Both the position numbers and the translations under genes were made by a program. From assembly GCA_001643675.2 (NCBI GenBank), contig LSRY02000029.1, positions 868,001 through 932,000 on the forward strand: a stretch of 64,000 nucleotides of DNA, in the 5' to 3' direction. Positions 1-11,019 of the stretch are shown here, piece after piece (the stretch's first letter is position 1; each line of letters begins with the position of its first letter). This DNA comes from Monocercomonoides exilis PA203 (lineage: Eukaryota; Protista; Preaxostyla). The notes under the pieces are model-generated. The model was given only the letters and a program-made list of their open reading frames with translations, made no database searches and was not told the DNA's origin.

Positions 1-1552
1 TTTAAAAAAATATTCCAAAAAACAGATTCATCGCATGAATTTTCATTTTTGTTAAATCATGGATATTTGATTATTTCTTAGATTTTTTAATTTTTTTTTA
101 TATTCTTTCTGGTTTTCGAAAATGTGCATTTGCAACAATAGATAGTGATAATCTTTTTTCAAAAAATTTTTTTCTTGTGCTCAGAAGAAAAAATGACAAT
201 TGCACATATTGCATAAAATACCTGACATCGCACAAAATACCCTGACAATATCGTTTTCTAAATAGCCACTGAAAGAGAAAATCCGATAATTTTCCATTAA
301 ACATTTTTTTGCAACACCAACTCATTTGGCATAGCAGACTTATAAAACAGCTTCATACGTGCCCAAAAATTATTTTTTTAAATATTCTGTCAACATGAAA
401 ATGAAACTCTCGCATGTCAAATGAGTTTGTGAAGATAAGATTCATTTTGAGGAAAATTAACAAAAATATTCATTTTGTGGTTGGAGAGTAATCAATCTTG
501 TCCTGCATTTTTCGCACAATCTGTAATTCGTTTTCAATAAGGGTGATTATTTTTGAAATCATATTTTTGAAACAAATATTTTAGTTAAGAATTTTTTATT
601 TTAAATTTTCTTCAATGAACACAGAAAAGAAATAACTACAATAAAATAAGTCTTTTTTTTTCTTTTTCATCAACCATTGGCTTTTGAAGGATTATAAAAC
701 ATTTGTTATTTGAAAGAAAATAAATTGGTAAATGATAATGAATTTTCTCAATTTTTCGAAAAAAGATTTGATTTCAAAAATTATCACTCAAATATTAATA
801 TTTAAGGGATCAATTGTTATCATTCCGAAATTGTTGAAATCAACAGTTAACAATAAAAGTTAAACATACAAAATGAAATGATATTTATGATCATCAACAA
901 CAGAACTGAAATATTTTGTATCATAAGGAATAATACAGACTCCCAAGTTTTTTTCTCATGAAGTTTAAAATTTTTGTTTCACTCAAGACTTTGTTTAACT
1001 TCTTGAAATGGGTTATTCTTTTTGAAAAGTCGCTAATGTTTAATTTTCGAATAAATCAAAATTTTCATATTTTGCTCAAATTGATGTTGACATATACCAA
1101 ACTTCGCTAATATAGAATCTATTTCTGGATAATGCTATTTCAAACATTCTTAAGAAGATTTGTGAGTGGAAACAGAAATTTGATTAAGATATGAAAATTA
1201 TGATTTCTTTGAAAATTAAACATTAGAGACTTTTCAAAAAGTATTACCCATATTAAAAAAATTTTATTGGATTCTCATATCGATAAACAGGTGTCATTGA
1301 CAACACATAATAATGTTTTGTGACTTTATTTGTTTTCGATAAAATAAACCCTTAAATTCATATTTTTTTGAAAACAAAAAGTTAGTTAACCGTGATAATT
1401 GTTGAAAGATAAAACTTGCTGTGTAATGTTTTGCCTCATATTGAATTTGAATGTTTCGAATTTGATCAAAACGTATTCAATTTGGAATTTGAATTTTTCA
1501 ATTTGTGAAAAAAATTTTTATTCATATTTCTCGCATATCTCCTATATATAAT

Positions 1553-2566
1553 CATGGACAAAACCCAGGAAAGGGACAAAACCCGGACTTTTTCATAAAT
1601 TTCATTTTTTTCAACAAGTTTCAAAAATTAAATTATGATAATTCATTCATTCATATATCAGCATATAACACATCTTACCATATCCATATTTTTATTTGCT
1701 GTGCTGTATTTATGAAGAAATAAATAATTTTTATTTTTGAAAATTTGACTTTTAATGAATTTTTCTATTTTAATAAAACGATTCAGTTCATCTTTTATTC
1801 ATATAACTTATTTTTCTTTGTTGCAATTTTCGGCGGCACGCGGAATGAATCAATAAAACACAGTCAATGGGATAACTCAAAATATATTTTTTCCAAACTC
1901 ATAAGCATACATGTGAATTAAACACATGCAATAATTAATATGATAGTTATATAAAATTACCACAGAGCTATAATTTAAAATGATTCAGTGAAAATACCAA
2001 TAGATAAATATTATTTGTATTTCAATGATAATAATCATAAAAAAATCATTAAAAAATGAAAACAATTATTATTTATGAAATGAATGTAGATTTATTTGAA
2101 ATTTCAACTGTGTAGTAATTTTACATAACTATCATATTAATTATTGCATGTGTTTAATTCACATGTATGCTTATGAGTTTGGAAAAAAATATATTTTGAG
2201 TTATCCCATTGACTGTGTTTTTTTGAAAATGATTGATTTTCATTCCGCTAAAAAGATGAAAGTGCCGAAAATGAAAAATAACCCGAGCAGTTTGCAACAA
2301 AGAAAAAATAAGTTATATGAATAAAAGATGAACTGAATCGTTTTATTAAAATAGAAAAATTCATTAAAAGTCAAATTTTCAAAAATAAAAATTATTTATT
2401 TCTTCATAAATACAGCACAGCAAATAAAAATATGGATATGGTAAGATGTGTTATATGCTGATATATGAATGAATGAATTATCATAATTTAATTTTTGAAA
2501 CTTGTTGAAAAAAATGAAATTTATGAAAAAGTCCGGGTTTTGTCCCTTTCCTGGGTTTTGTCCATG
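1553..2566. mobile_element. Non-autonomous foldback/MITE-type DNA transposon with long TIRs and a 5-bp TSD
   Basis: CATGGACAAAACCCAGGAAAGGGACAAAACCCGGAC... at 1553 is the reverse complement of ...GTCCGGGTTTTGTCCCTTTCCTGGGTTTTGTCCATG ending at 2566. Arms are near-perfect over 1553-1826 / 2292-2566 and continue with indels to ~1965 / ~2108. Both sides are flanked by ATAAT (1548-1552, 2567-2571). No credible coding capacity. Confidence 0.9.
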
Positions 2567-2679
2567 ATAATATTTGAAAGATTGAGTTAAAAGATAAAAT
2601 CGAAATCAAATCTTTTCAATCAGATAAAGATTGCTTGGAAACATTAAACAATTATTGAAATTCGTTATTCAAAGTTGTT

Positions 2680-2680
<1 letters not shown>

Positions 2681-2766
<86 letters not shown>

Positions 2767-2785
2767 GAGAGAAAGAGAGAGAGAG
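2681..2785 (+). repeat. Poly(A) tract followed by (GA)n microsatellite
   Basis: About 55 A followed by GAGAGA/GAGAAA repeats, read directly from the sequence. Confidence 0.9.
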
Positions 2786-2940
2786 CTTTATCGTTATACC
2801 AAAATAGAAAGAAACTTTTTATTAAGCTTTTTTCAAAGACAGAAAAAATAAAAATTCAATGGAACATTGTTTGTTATTTATTGTTTGATCAAAAAATAAT
2901 AAATTTACTGAATAAAGTTAGTATTTTTTTGAACAGCGAA

Positions 2941-4301
2941 ATGTATCACCCTGATAATGAAGAAGAATTTGAACCCCTTACAGAGAGTGTACCTATAGGA
3001 CCAGATACAAATAGACTTGGTTTTTTTGTTATTAAACACAAAAATTTTGATTCTATTGAAAATTTCGTTTTTTTATTTCATTAAACGTCAGATCCCCTTT
3101 GGTACAAAAGGTATTTTACTTGTTAGAATTATTAAAGACATTATTTGTAAAAATAAAAAAGAGCCATTTTATATGAAGTTCATGTCAGAGCATTTTTTGA
3201 TACTAACAAAGACGGAAAAGGCGACTTTCAGGGGCTAGCAGAAAAAATACCTTATCTTAAAAAACTTGGGGTTACATGCTTGTGGTTGCTACCTTTCTTT
3301 GATGTGTGAAATATCTTTTCTTTGTTCATATTTCTTTCAATTGCTTATTTCATGTTTATTTATCATTATAGAGTCCGCTTCGCGACGACGGTTTTGTGTT
3401 TTAAATAAGACATTGATTTTACTATATTTTTATCATTTTTTCATAGGATATGATGTCCGAGATTATCGAAAGGTTCATCCAGATTTCGGTACAATAGAAG
3501 ATTTCAAATGGTTCGTGAAGGTTGCACATGAGCACGGAATTCGTGTATTGATCGAACTTATTATGAATCATTCCTCTGACCAACACAAATGGTTCCAAGA
3601 ATCAAGAAAGGGAAGAGACAATCCATACTCCGACTATTATGTTTGGAGGTTTCCATTTCTTTTTTAAACCATTTAAGCAGCACATGGTAAAAATTTTAAA
3701 ACATTTTCTAAAATGTTTATTTTGTTTGGGTATTGTTAGTGATGATCCAAACAAATATAAAGGTACTCGAATCATTTTTTGCGATACTGAAAAATCCAAT
3801 TGGACGTATGATCCCATAAGAAAACAGTACTACTGGCATCGCTTCTTTTCTCATCAGCCCGACTTAAACTATGACAATCCAGCGGTTGTGGCAGAAATGA
3901 TGGACATCGCCCGCTTCTGGCTGGACATCGGAATAGACGGGTTTCGGGCTGATGCCATTCCGTATTTGTATGAAAGAGAAGGTGTGACCAGAATTGTTGA
4001 ATTATGTGTGTTGTTATCAAATTGCTTATAATTTATTTTTCTTATATTTTATTGTCTTTTGTTTCCTTTGTGCTTCGCGTGCATTCTTCTTGCTGCTGAT
4101 TGAAGGGACAAGCAACGAGAATCTGCCAGAGACCCACGAGTTCTGCAAGCATCTTCGGAGGTTTATGGAGAAAGAGTATCCAGGCACTGTGCTGCTGTCA
4201 GAGGCAAACATGATGCCGAAGGATGCGGCGGCTTATTTTGGAAACGGAGACGAGTTTCAGATGAGCTTTCATTTTCCGATTATGCCAAGATTGTGTGCAA
4301 T

Positions 4302-4348
<47 letters not shown>

Positions 4349-5616
4349 ATTTTGACAGAGTATTTTTTGAAGAAATTGACTGTTTTTCATTAAAACTTAA
4401 TAAGTTTCTGTATTTCTGTGCTTCATTTATTTTTCTGAAAACGATACAAAATTTATTCATTTTTTTCTCCCTGAATGTTGAAATCATTCTGTTTATTCTG
4501 TTTATTCTTTTTATTCTTTTTTTAAAACTGATTTTTTTGTGACCAATTCATCATTTCCACAGGTTTATGTGTTTGAGGGCTGAGTGCCGAGATAAGCTTG
4601 TGGACATTATGGAACAGACACCTGACATCCCTCTCAGCTGCCAATGGTGTGGCGATGCTTTGAACATGCTTTTTGATTATGAAACAGAAATGAATAATAA
4701 ATAAATAAATAAATAAATAAATTTATTATTATTATTATTATTATTATGAAATAAAATACTGCTTATCAATTATTTTCATAACATTTCTCTCTCTCTCTCT
4801 CTCTCTTTTTTTTTTTCCTTATAATTTTATCTGATTCTTTTTGCTCTAACTAATTATTCAGGGTGATGTTTCTGCGGAATCACGATGAGCTGACACTGGA
4901 AATGGTGACAGACGAAGAAAGAGAATGGATGTGGGGCAAATACGCCTACGATCGGAGAATGCGATGCAATTTAGGTATTTCCTCCCTCCCTCCCTCTCCC
5001 TCTCTCTCTCTCTCTTTTTTTTTTTTTTTTTTTTTTTTTTTGTATATATATATATATATGAATGTTGTTGAGATTGGAGAATTTGTTATTTGTTTTTGTT
5101 TATTTTGTTTATTTTATTTTCATTTGTTGGATTAAAATATGCTTTTTTGTTCAATGCCACCTATTATTTTTGAAACAATTTACAATTTCGATTTGTTTTA
5201 TTTAATTTCATTCTTTTCAATAATTTTTTCTATCTATATATCTATCTATTTTATTCAGGAATCCGCCGCCGTCTGTTTCCTCTTGTTGAGAACCACCGAA
5301 TTGAGGTGGAGCTGTTGAATGCGCTTCTCTTCTCTCTTCCTGGCACGCCTGTCATCTACTACGGAGATGAGATTGGGATGGGTGATAACATCTATTTGGG
5401 TGACAGGTTTGATTGAATGTTGTTTTTACTGAAATTGACTGGACTTCGTATTTTTTGCATTTAATGTATTGCTTTATTGATATTGATCTTGATAATAAAT
5501 CCTGAATTTTTTTATACACTGACAATTTTCGCATTCACTAATTTATTCGTCAATCCATCCATTTGTTTATTCATTCATTTCCATGTATATATAACCATTT
5601 CACACACACACACACA

Positions 5617-5663
<47 letters not shown>

Positions 5664-7574
5664 CCCCTTCCCCTTCCCCTCAGAAACGGAGTCCGCACCC
5701 CAATGCAGTGGAGCTGTGACCGAAATGCTGGTTTCAGCCGAGCCGACACACATGCACTCTATCTGCCTCTGGTGTCTGATCCTGTCTATGGATACCAGTC
5801 AGTCAATGTGGAGGCACAAGAGAGATCGTTTTACTCGATTCTGAACTGGATGAGGAAGATGATCAGAATCAGACAGAAGCACCTTGTGTTTTCGATGGTG
5901 TGGGGAATATTTGTGTTGTGTGTTTTTTTAACTCATCTATTGCTTTATATTGTATCTTTCTATGTGATGCTCTATTATTCATGTTATTATTATTCTTTTA
6001 TTCTGTTGATATTCTTCTTCTTCTTCTTTTTCAGGGTTCCCTTGTTTTCTGCAAGCACCCTAAAAATCGAGCAGTGCTAGCCTATCTGCGGATGCTGCCA
6101 ACAACTCCTGTGCCTTCCACATCAACTGCCCCCAATGCTTCCATCGTCGCTCCTATTTCTGCTCTGCCAATTGACAACTTTTCGCAGTTCGGGCCGACTA
6201 TCACAAGGTGTGAATATTTCTGTTGATTGAATAGAATGAGATATGAGATGGATTATGAGAGGTAAATGAGTTATCTTCTTATTTCTTTTCTTTTCTTTTT
6301 CTTTTCATTTTTGCTGAATGGATTAAATTTTGTTGATTGCTTTCATGCACTCATGTTGAATTTCTTTCTGCTCAATTGTAATTCCTCTTCATTCTTTATT
6401 TAATTTCCTTTTTGTTTATTTCTTTGTTTTGAATTTTATCACCAATTTCTAATTCTTTATCAGTACAATCACCTCACTCCCCGAGATCCGCCGAGCATCT
6501 CAGCTGAATCTGAAGGATCTTGTGTCACTTCGCACGCCTTCTGCCAGCACAACACCCGTCGCCTCGTCTTCTCTCCCAAGCTCATCTGCCACACCTCACT
6601 CTGTTTCATCTGTCTCTTCCATCTCTTCTGCTTCTTCTGCTTCTTCTGCTTCTTCCATTCCTCCGGTTCCTCCTGTGAATGCTGCTTCTATTCCTTCTAT
6701 TCCATCCTCTTCTTCTTCCTCTTCTTCCTCTTCTGCTCCAATCGACCAGAATTGTGCAGCTGTGCTGGAGTCTCTCTCTTCTGCTGCGATGACAGCTATT
6801 CCTGTCCCTCTCTCCTCCCACGCCATCCCCGCTGACCAGTTCCTCATCTCTGCCTCTGTCTCCTCTGATGATGCTGCTGCTCCTTCATCATCATCATCAT
6901 CATCATCATCTTCTTCTTCTTCTTCTTCTTCTTCCTCTGATTATTCTGGCTACACTGACTACTCTGCCTATCCAGGTGCTGACGCTGAGCTCGCTGGCTT
7001 TGTCAGTCCGATGCCTCGCAACGTCCCTCCCACGCTGCCTGCGACAGACGACATTCCGATTGTCTGTGGAGATGATGATGCGCTTTCAGACGAAGAGAAC
7101 GAAGAGAGCGAGGAAGGAGGGATGAAGAAGAGAGACAAGCAGGAAAAGAAGGAGGCAGAGCAGCAGGCGATTAAAGAGACGACGGCTGCTAACTTCACAA
7201 GAAGAGCATCAGCACAGTCGCTGTCGGAACTGCAAAGTGTGCTTCATCAGTCGTCAAAGACAACTGCTCAGCCAACTGCCCCAGCATCATCATCATCTTC
7301 TTCTTCTTATTCATCATCATCCTCTTCTTCCTCTTCTTTCTCCTCCTCCTCGTCTTCCCTTGATCTTCCCTCTCCAGATGACGAAGTGATTCTGTGTGTG
7401 TACAACTTTGCCTCCACCGCACAGCCAGCTGAATTGGACTTGCACGAATGGGCTGGCTACACACCAGTTGAGCTGTTTGGCGGAGTGCACTTCCAAAAGA
7501 TATCGGCAGACGCGCCGATGATACTCACGCTGCAGCCGTACGGGTTCTTCTGGTTTATGCTGAAGAAGATTTGA
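2941..7574 (+). CDS. treS: Trehalose synthase / maltose alpha-D-glucosyltransferase (GH13, TreS type), 13 exons
   Basis: Manual splicing over 12 GT-AG introns gives [164 protein letters not shown] and C-terminal [11 protein letters not shown]. These are TreS-diagnostic motifs, and the D/E/D catalytic triad is intact. Confidence 0.95.
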
Positions 7575-8173
7575 ATTGGACATGAGGGTATTTCATAAAA
7601 AAAAAAATAATGAATGTGTTTTTGAATTACAATAATATTTTTTTGTAAGTGATGTATATATTTATTTTTTTCGGTGTATGTAAGTATTATTCAATAATCA
7701 ACTTTTATGTATTCATATTTCTTTGAGTGTTTTTTATGCCTTTGTTTTTTTTTAAGTGAATGAGAATTTAGATTTGTTTACCTTTTTGATTCATCTTTTA
7801 ATTTGTACTTCGTCGTTTTATTCACATTTTTATACAAAAAAATCAACAACTTTTATGACTTTAAGAATTTCTTTTTTTTATTCAATCAGAGTTCATTAAC
7901 CTTTCCAAAATAAATGATATGAGGTAAGCTTAATCTTGTTTGTATTAGATTGGAATTCACTCAACATAAAATAATAAAAGATCATTCAAATTCATATTGA
8001 ATAAAAATAAAAGCAATACTAATGCTTATAATTTGTTTGAGAGAAGAATTACTCATTAAAATAGTAATTCACAACAAAAATAAACTGAAAAAAGTTTAAA
8101 AAAAACAGTAACATGAAATGAAAAAAAATCAAACACAATCCGCAAAATGCTTACAAGAAGAATTATAATAATG

Positions 8174-8772
8174 TTAATAGAAAAAGTCCGGAATTGAATT
8201 ATCTTGAGTTGGCTTTCCTTCGAAAGCAAAATAGATAACTACAGCTGCAATCATTGTTAAGAATCCAAATAGATTCGGAAGGAAAACAGCTAAAGAAAAT
8301 GCCTGAAAATAAATAAAAGATAAATTTCAATGCTTCTTTCTAAAAATGGGGAAAATATGCTCAAACATTTGAAGCGCGAAATACAACTATACACAATCCA
8401 ATTGAGGAAAATGCTAAAATCAATGCGCCAAAAAGATACAAATAAGTAAAAGCACTTTAAAAATTTGATCAAGAGAGAAATGGAAAAGTAATTTGGCGAA
8501 TAATAACCAAAAAATTGATAAAATGAACCTGTGATTATCAGACGAATATTTCACTGCGAACACAAGCATAACAAGAACGGCAGCCACTAAAAACAGCAAT
8601 CCAAACAACGACCACCAATTGTTGGAAATTGCATTCCCTATTATTACAGAACAAAGGCCTCTAAAGAAAAAGTATAAAAAATACTTAAATTTTTTTATAA
8701 AAGCAAATAAAAAGCACACAAAGCAGCAATAACTGACATTAACAATAATTTAACTACTGGATTTATTCGCAT
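8174..8772 (-). CDS. Small 4-TM protein, Vps55/OB-RGRP (LEPROT)-like; 4 exons, start approximate
   Basis: Spliced product MRINPVVKLLLMSVIAALGLCSVIIGNAISNNWWSLFGLLF...SAFTYLYLFGALILAFSSIGLCIVVFRASNAFSLAVFLPNLFGFLTMIAAVVIYFAFEGKPTQDNSIPDFFY*. Its size, four hydrophobic helices and GxA...WWxLF pattern fit Vps55. Confidence 0.6.
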
Positions 8773-9003
8773 CTCTCCTGCAAAAATATTTTTTCTCAAA
8801 ATATCGAGATCATTCCCTAAATATCATTTTATTTCAGCTTATTACAAACTCAGCAATTGAGAACTTGAACGTTAACATTTACGATTCTGTATCATTAAAA
8901 ACTTTTTGATACATTTAAATTGTTCAAAAAAAAGTAATTTCACAAGAATTTGTGGATTCTTGCTTTTAAATTATTTATGATGTGTTTGGTGAAAATTGTC
9001 CAA

Positions 9004-9514
9004 TTAAGCTTTTGTTGGCTTGATAAGTCCCTTGACAATTTTATCTTTTGAGCAAAGGCGAATCAAAGTTGCATCAGCTTCGCATCGAGCTCTGACCATT
9101 CCGCAAAGAGCATAAGTCTTTGATTTCTTTGTCATCACTCCATTTTTGTCCAACTAAAATGTCAAATCAAACGTTAACGAGTTAAAAATAAGCATTATCA
9201 AAATTGTTAACATGTCATTAATCAGAGTATTTCCATGAAAAATAAGCTCATAAATAATGATGATAAACTGAATGATAACAAACCTTTGGAATTGTAATTT
9301 GCACAGATGCGTGATCATCTGCAGCAATGATACGGTTTGTTGCTGAGCTGTAATCAAACGAATAAGTAATATTTAGAAATATTTAAAAAATTATACCATT
9401 TGCGTGGGATGTAAAGCTCGATGTTTTCTCCCTGATCAAATGTTAAAAATGGAAATATTAATAAGCAAGATTCTTGCAAAATCAACGTCAACAATAAACT
9501 TTCTCGTTCTGCAT
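9004..9514 (-). CDS. RPS21: 40S ribosomal protein eS21, 4 exons (absent from the ORF track)
   Basis: Spliced: MQNEKGENIELYIPRKCSATNRIIAADDHASVQITIPKLDKNGVMTKKSKTYALCGMVRARCEADATLIRLCSKDKIVKGLIKPTKA*. This carries the eS21 signature LY.PRKCSATNRII.A.DHASVQ. Confidence 0.95.
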
Positions 9515-11019
9515 GATAAAGTCCTTTTTATGAGGATATGGTAATTCCCTTTCTTACTGATCTACCCACAATAAATATATATCGTCATGGAAAAAGAAAA
9601 AAAAATATTAAAAAATAATAACATCAAGCAAAGGGGAAATCGACGGAAATGAAGAGAAAAAATGAAAAATGAAATTTTTTGAAACATAAATTAAACAAAT
9701 CAGTTCGATTTTGTTTTCAAATGGTTATTTCTGAGCTGTCGAAAAATAAACTTACATTTCCAACAAATAACAACAGTTATAAAATGAATTGAACTTCATT
9801 TCTCACTCAATGCATTGACTAGAATGATTTTGAATTTATGAACATATCAATGAGAGTTTTTAAACGTTGAAAAGAATCTAATTTAATTTTTTTGAAGCGG
9901 TTGATAATTTATGTCATGTAAATTTATTTTTAATCAAACAATTTTTTTTTTAAAAAAACTTCTTTACAAACGAAAAAGCTAAAAAAATAACACTTGAGCA
10001 TGAAACTGTCTATTTAAATCAAAATGAAAGATTTTCCTTTTGAAAAGATAAATCATCCACATTTAACTTTATTCATCATTTCTACAAATAATATTCTTGT
10101 ACAACGTTTGAAATAAAGATGAAATATTTAAAAACAAAAGAATATTCAAAAATTTATGACTAAATTTCATGAAAAATTTTTTGAAACTTACCATTGCTTG
10201 CCAAAAAGAAAAAGAAAGAAACATATGTACTAAACCAATATCTTAGATAAATCTAAAAACCAAACATTTCAAATATATGTGCTGCATTGATGAAAATGAC
10301 TGTACTCCTAAATTGTTATTAGCTAATTATTTTGAATGTTGCATTTTTCTTTCATACAATAAAACTCGAACAAGCATTCTGAATGCACTTTCCAAACCAA
10401 ACAAATTTGCAATTCATTCTATCAAAGAGAAACAATAATTGCATTTCCTGAAATTTCAAAAAGCAAATTAAAAAAAAAAAAAACGCATGCAACTCCAATT
10501 GATATAAAATGGTCAATATTAATAACTCTTGAATTTTCGATGAGATTAAATACATAATCGTTTGAGAAAACAACAGAAATTCCTCAAAACTCAAAATTTT
10601 AGAATTTTCATTCTTTAAACCAAAGATGAAAAATCTCAGAATATTTTCTTTATTTTTTGGAAATTCAAATTATTGCATAAAAAGGTTATCATTAAATAAA
10701 AGAAGAAGCAGATTATATGCCTCCTTTAGTATGTAACATATCTCCTACATCATGAAAATCAAAAGTTCAAAAAATAAAGCACTAATACGAATGTTTTAAA
10801 CAATGTGTTATAAATCTGTTCGGCATTTGAAGCAAAATGTTAAAATCTACATTGCAGTGCTTTAAGAAAATATGTTTTTATATTTCAATAAATAAACAAG
10901 TATTTCTTTGAAAATGCTTACAGAAATAATCTATTTGTTTTAATTTCGATAAATGTTCCATTATGGTACAACCCATATTTATATCTGAAGGGGTTGCCTT
11001 ATTAATTTTTTAAGTTTTG

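Noticed and set aside
98-545. Possible coding remnant on the minus strand
   Set aside because: Short frames with stops, no recognisable motif and no consistent splice model.
2681-2785. Poly(A) tract as a retrotransposon tail
   Set aside because: No upstream RT/SINE features or TSD. It grades into a (GA)n microsatellite like others in the window.
9520-9600. Possible H/ACA snoRNA in a putative 5' UTR intron of RPS21 (hairpin followed by AGATCA)
   Set aside because: The second hairpin is weak and there is no terminal ACA box.
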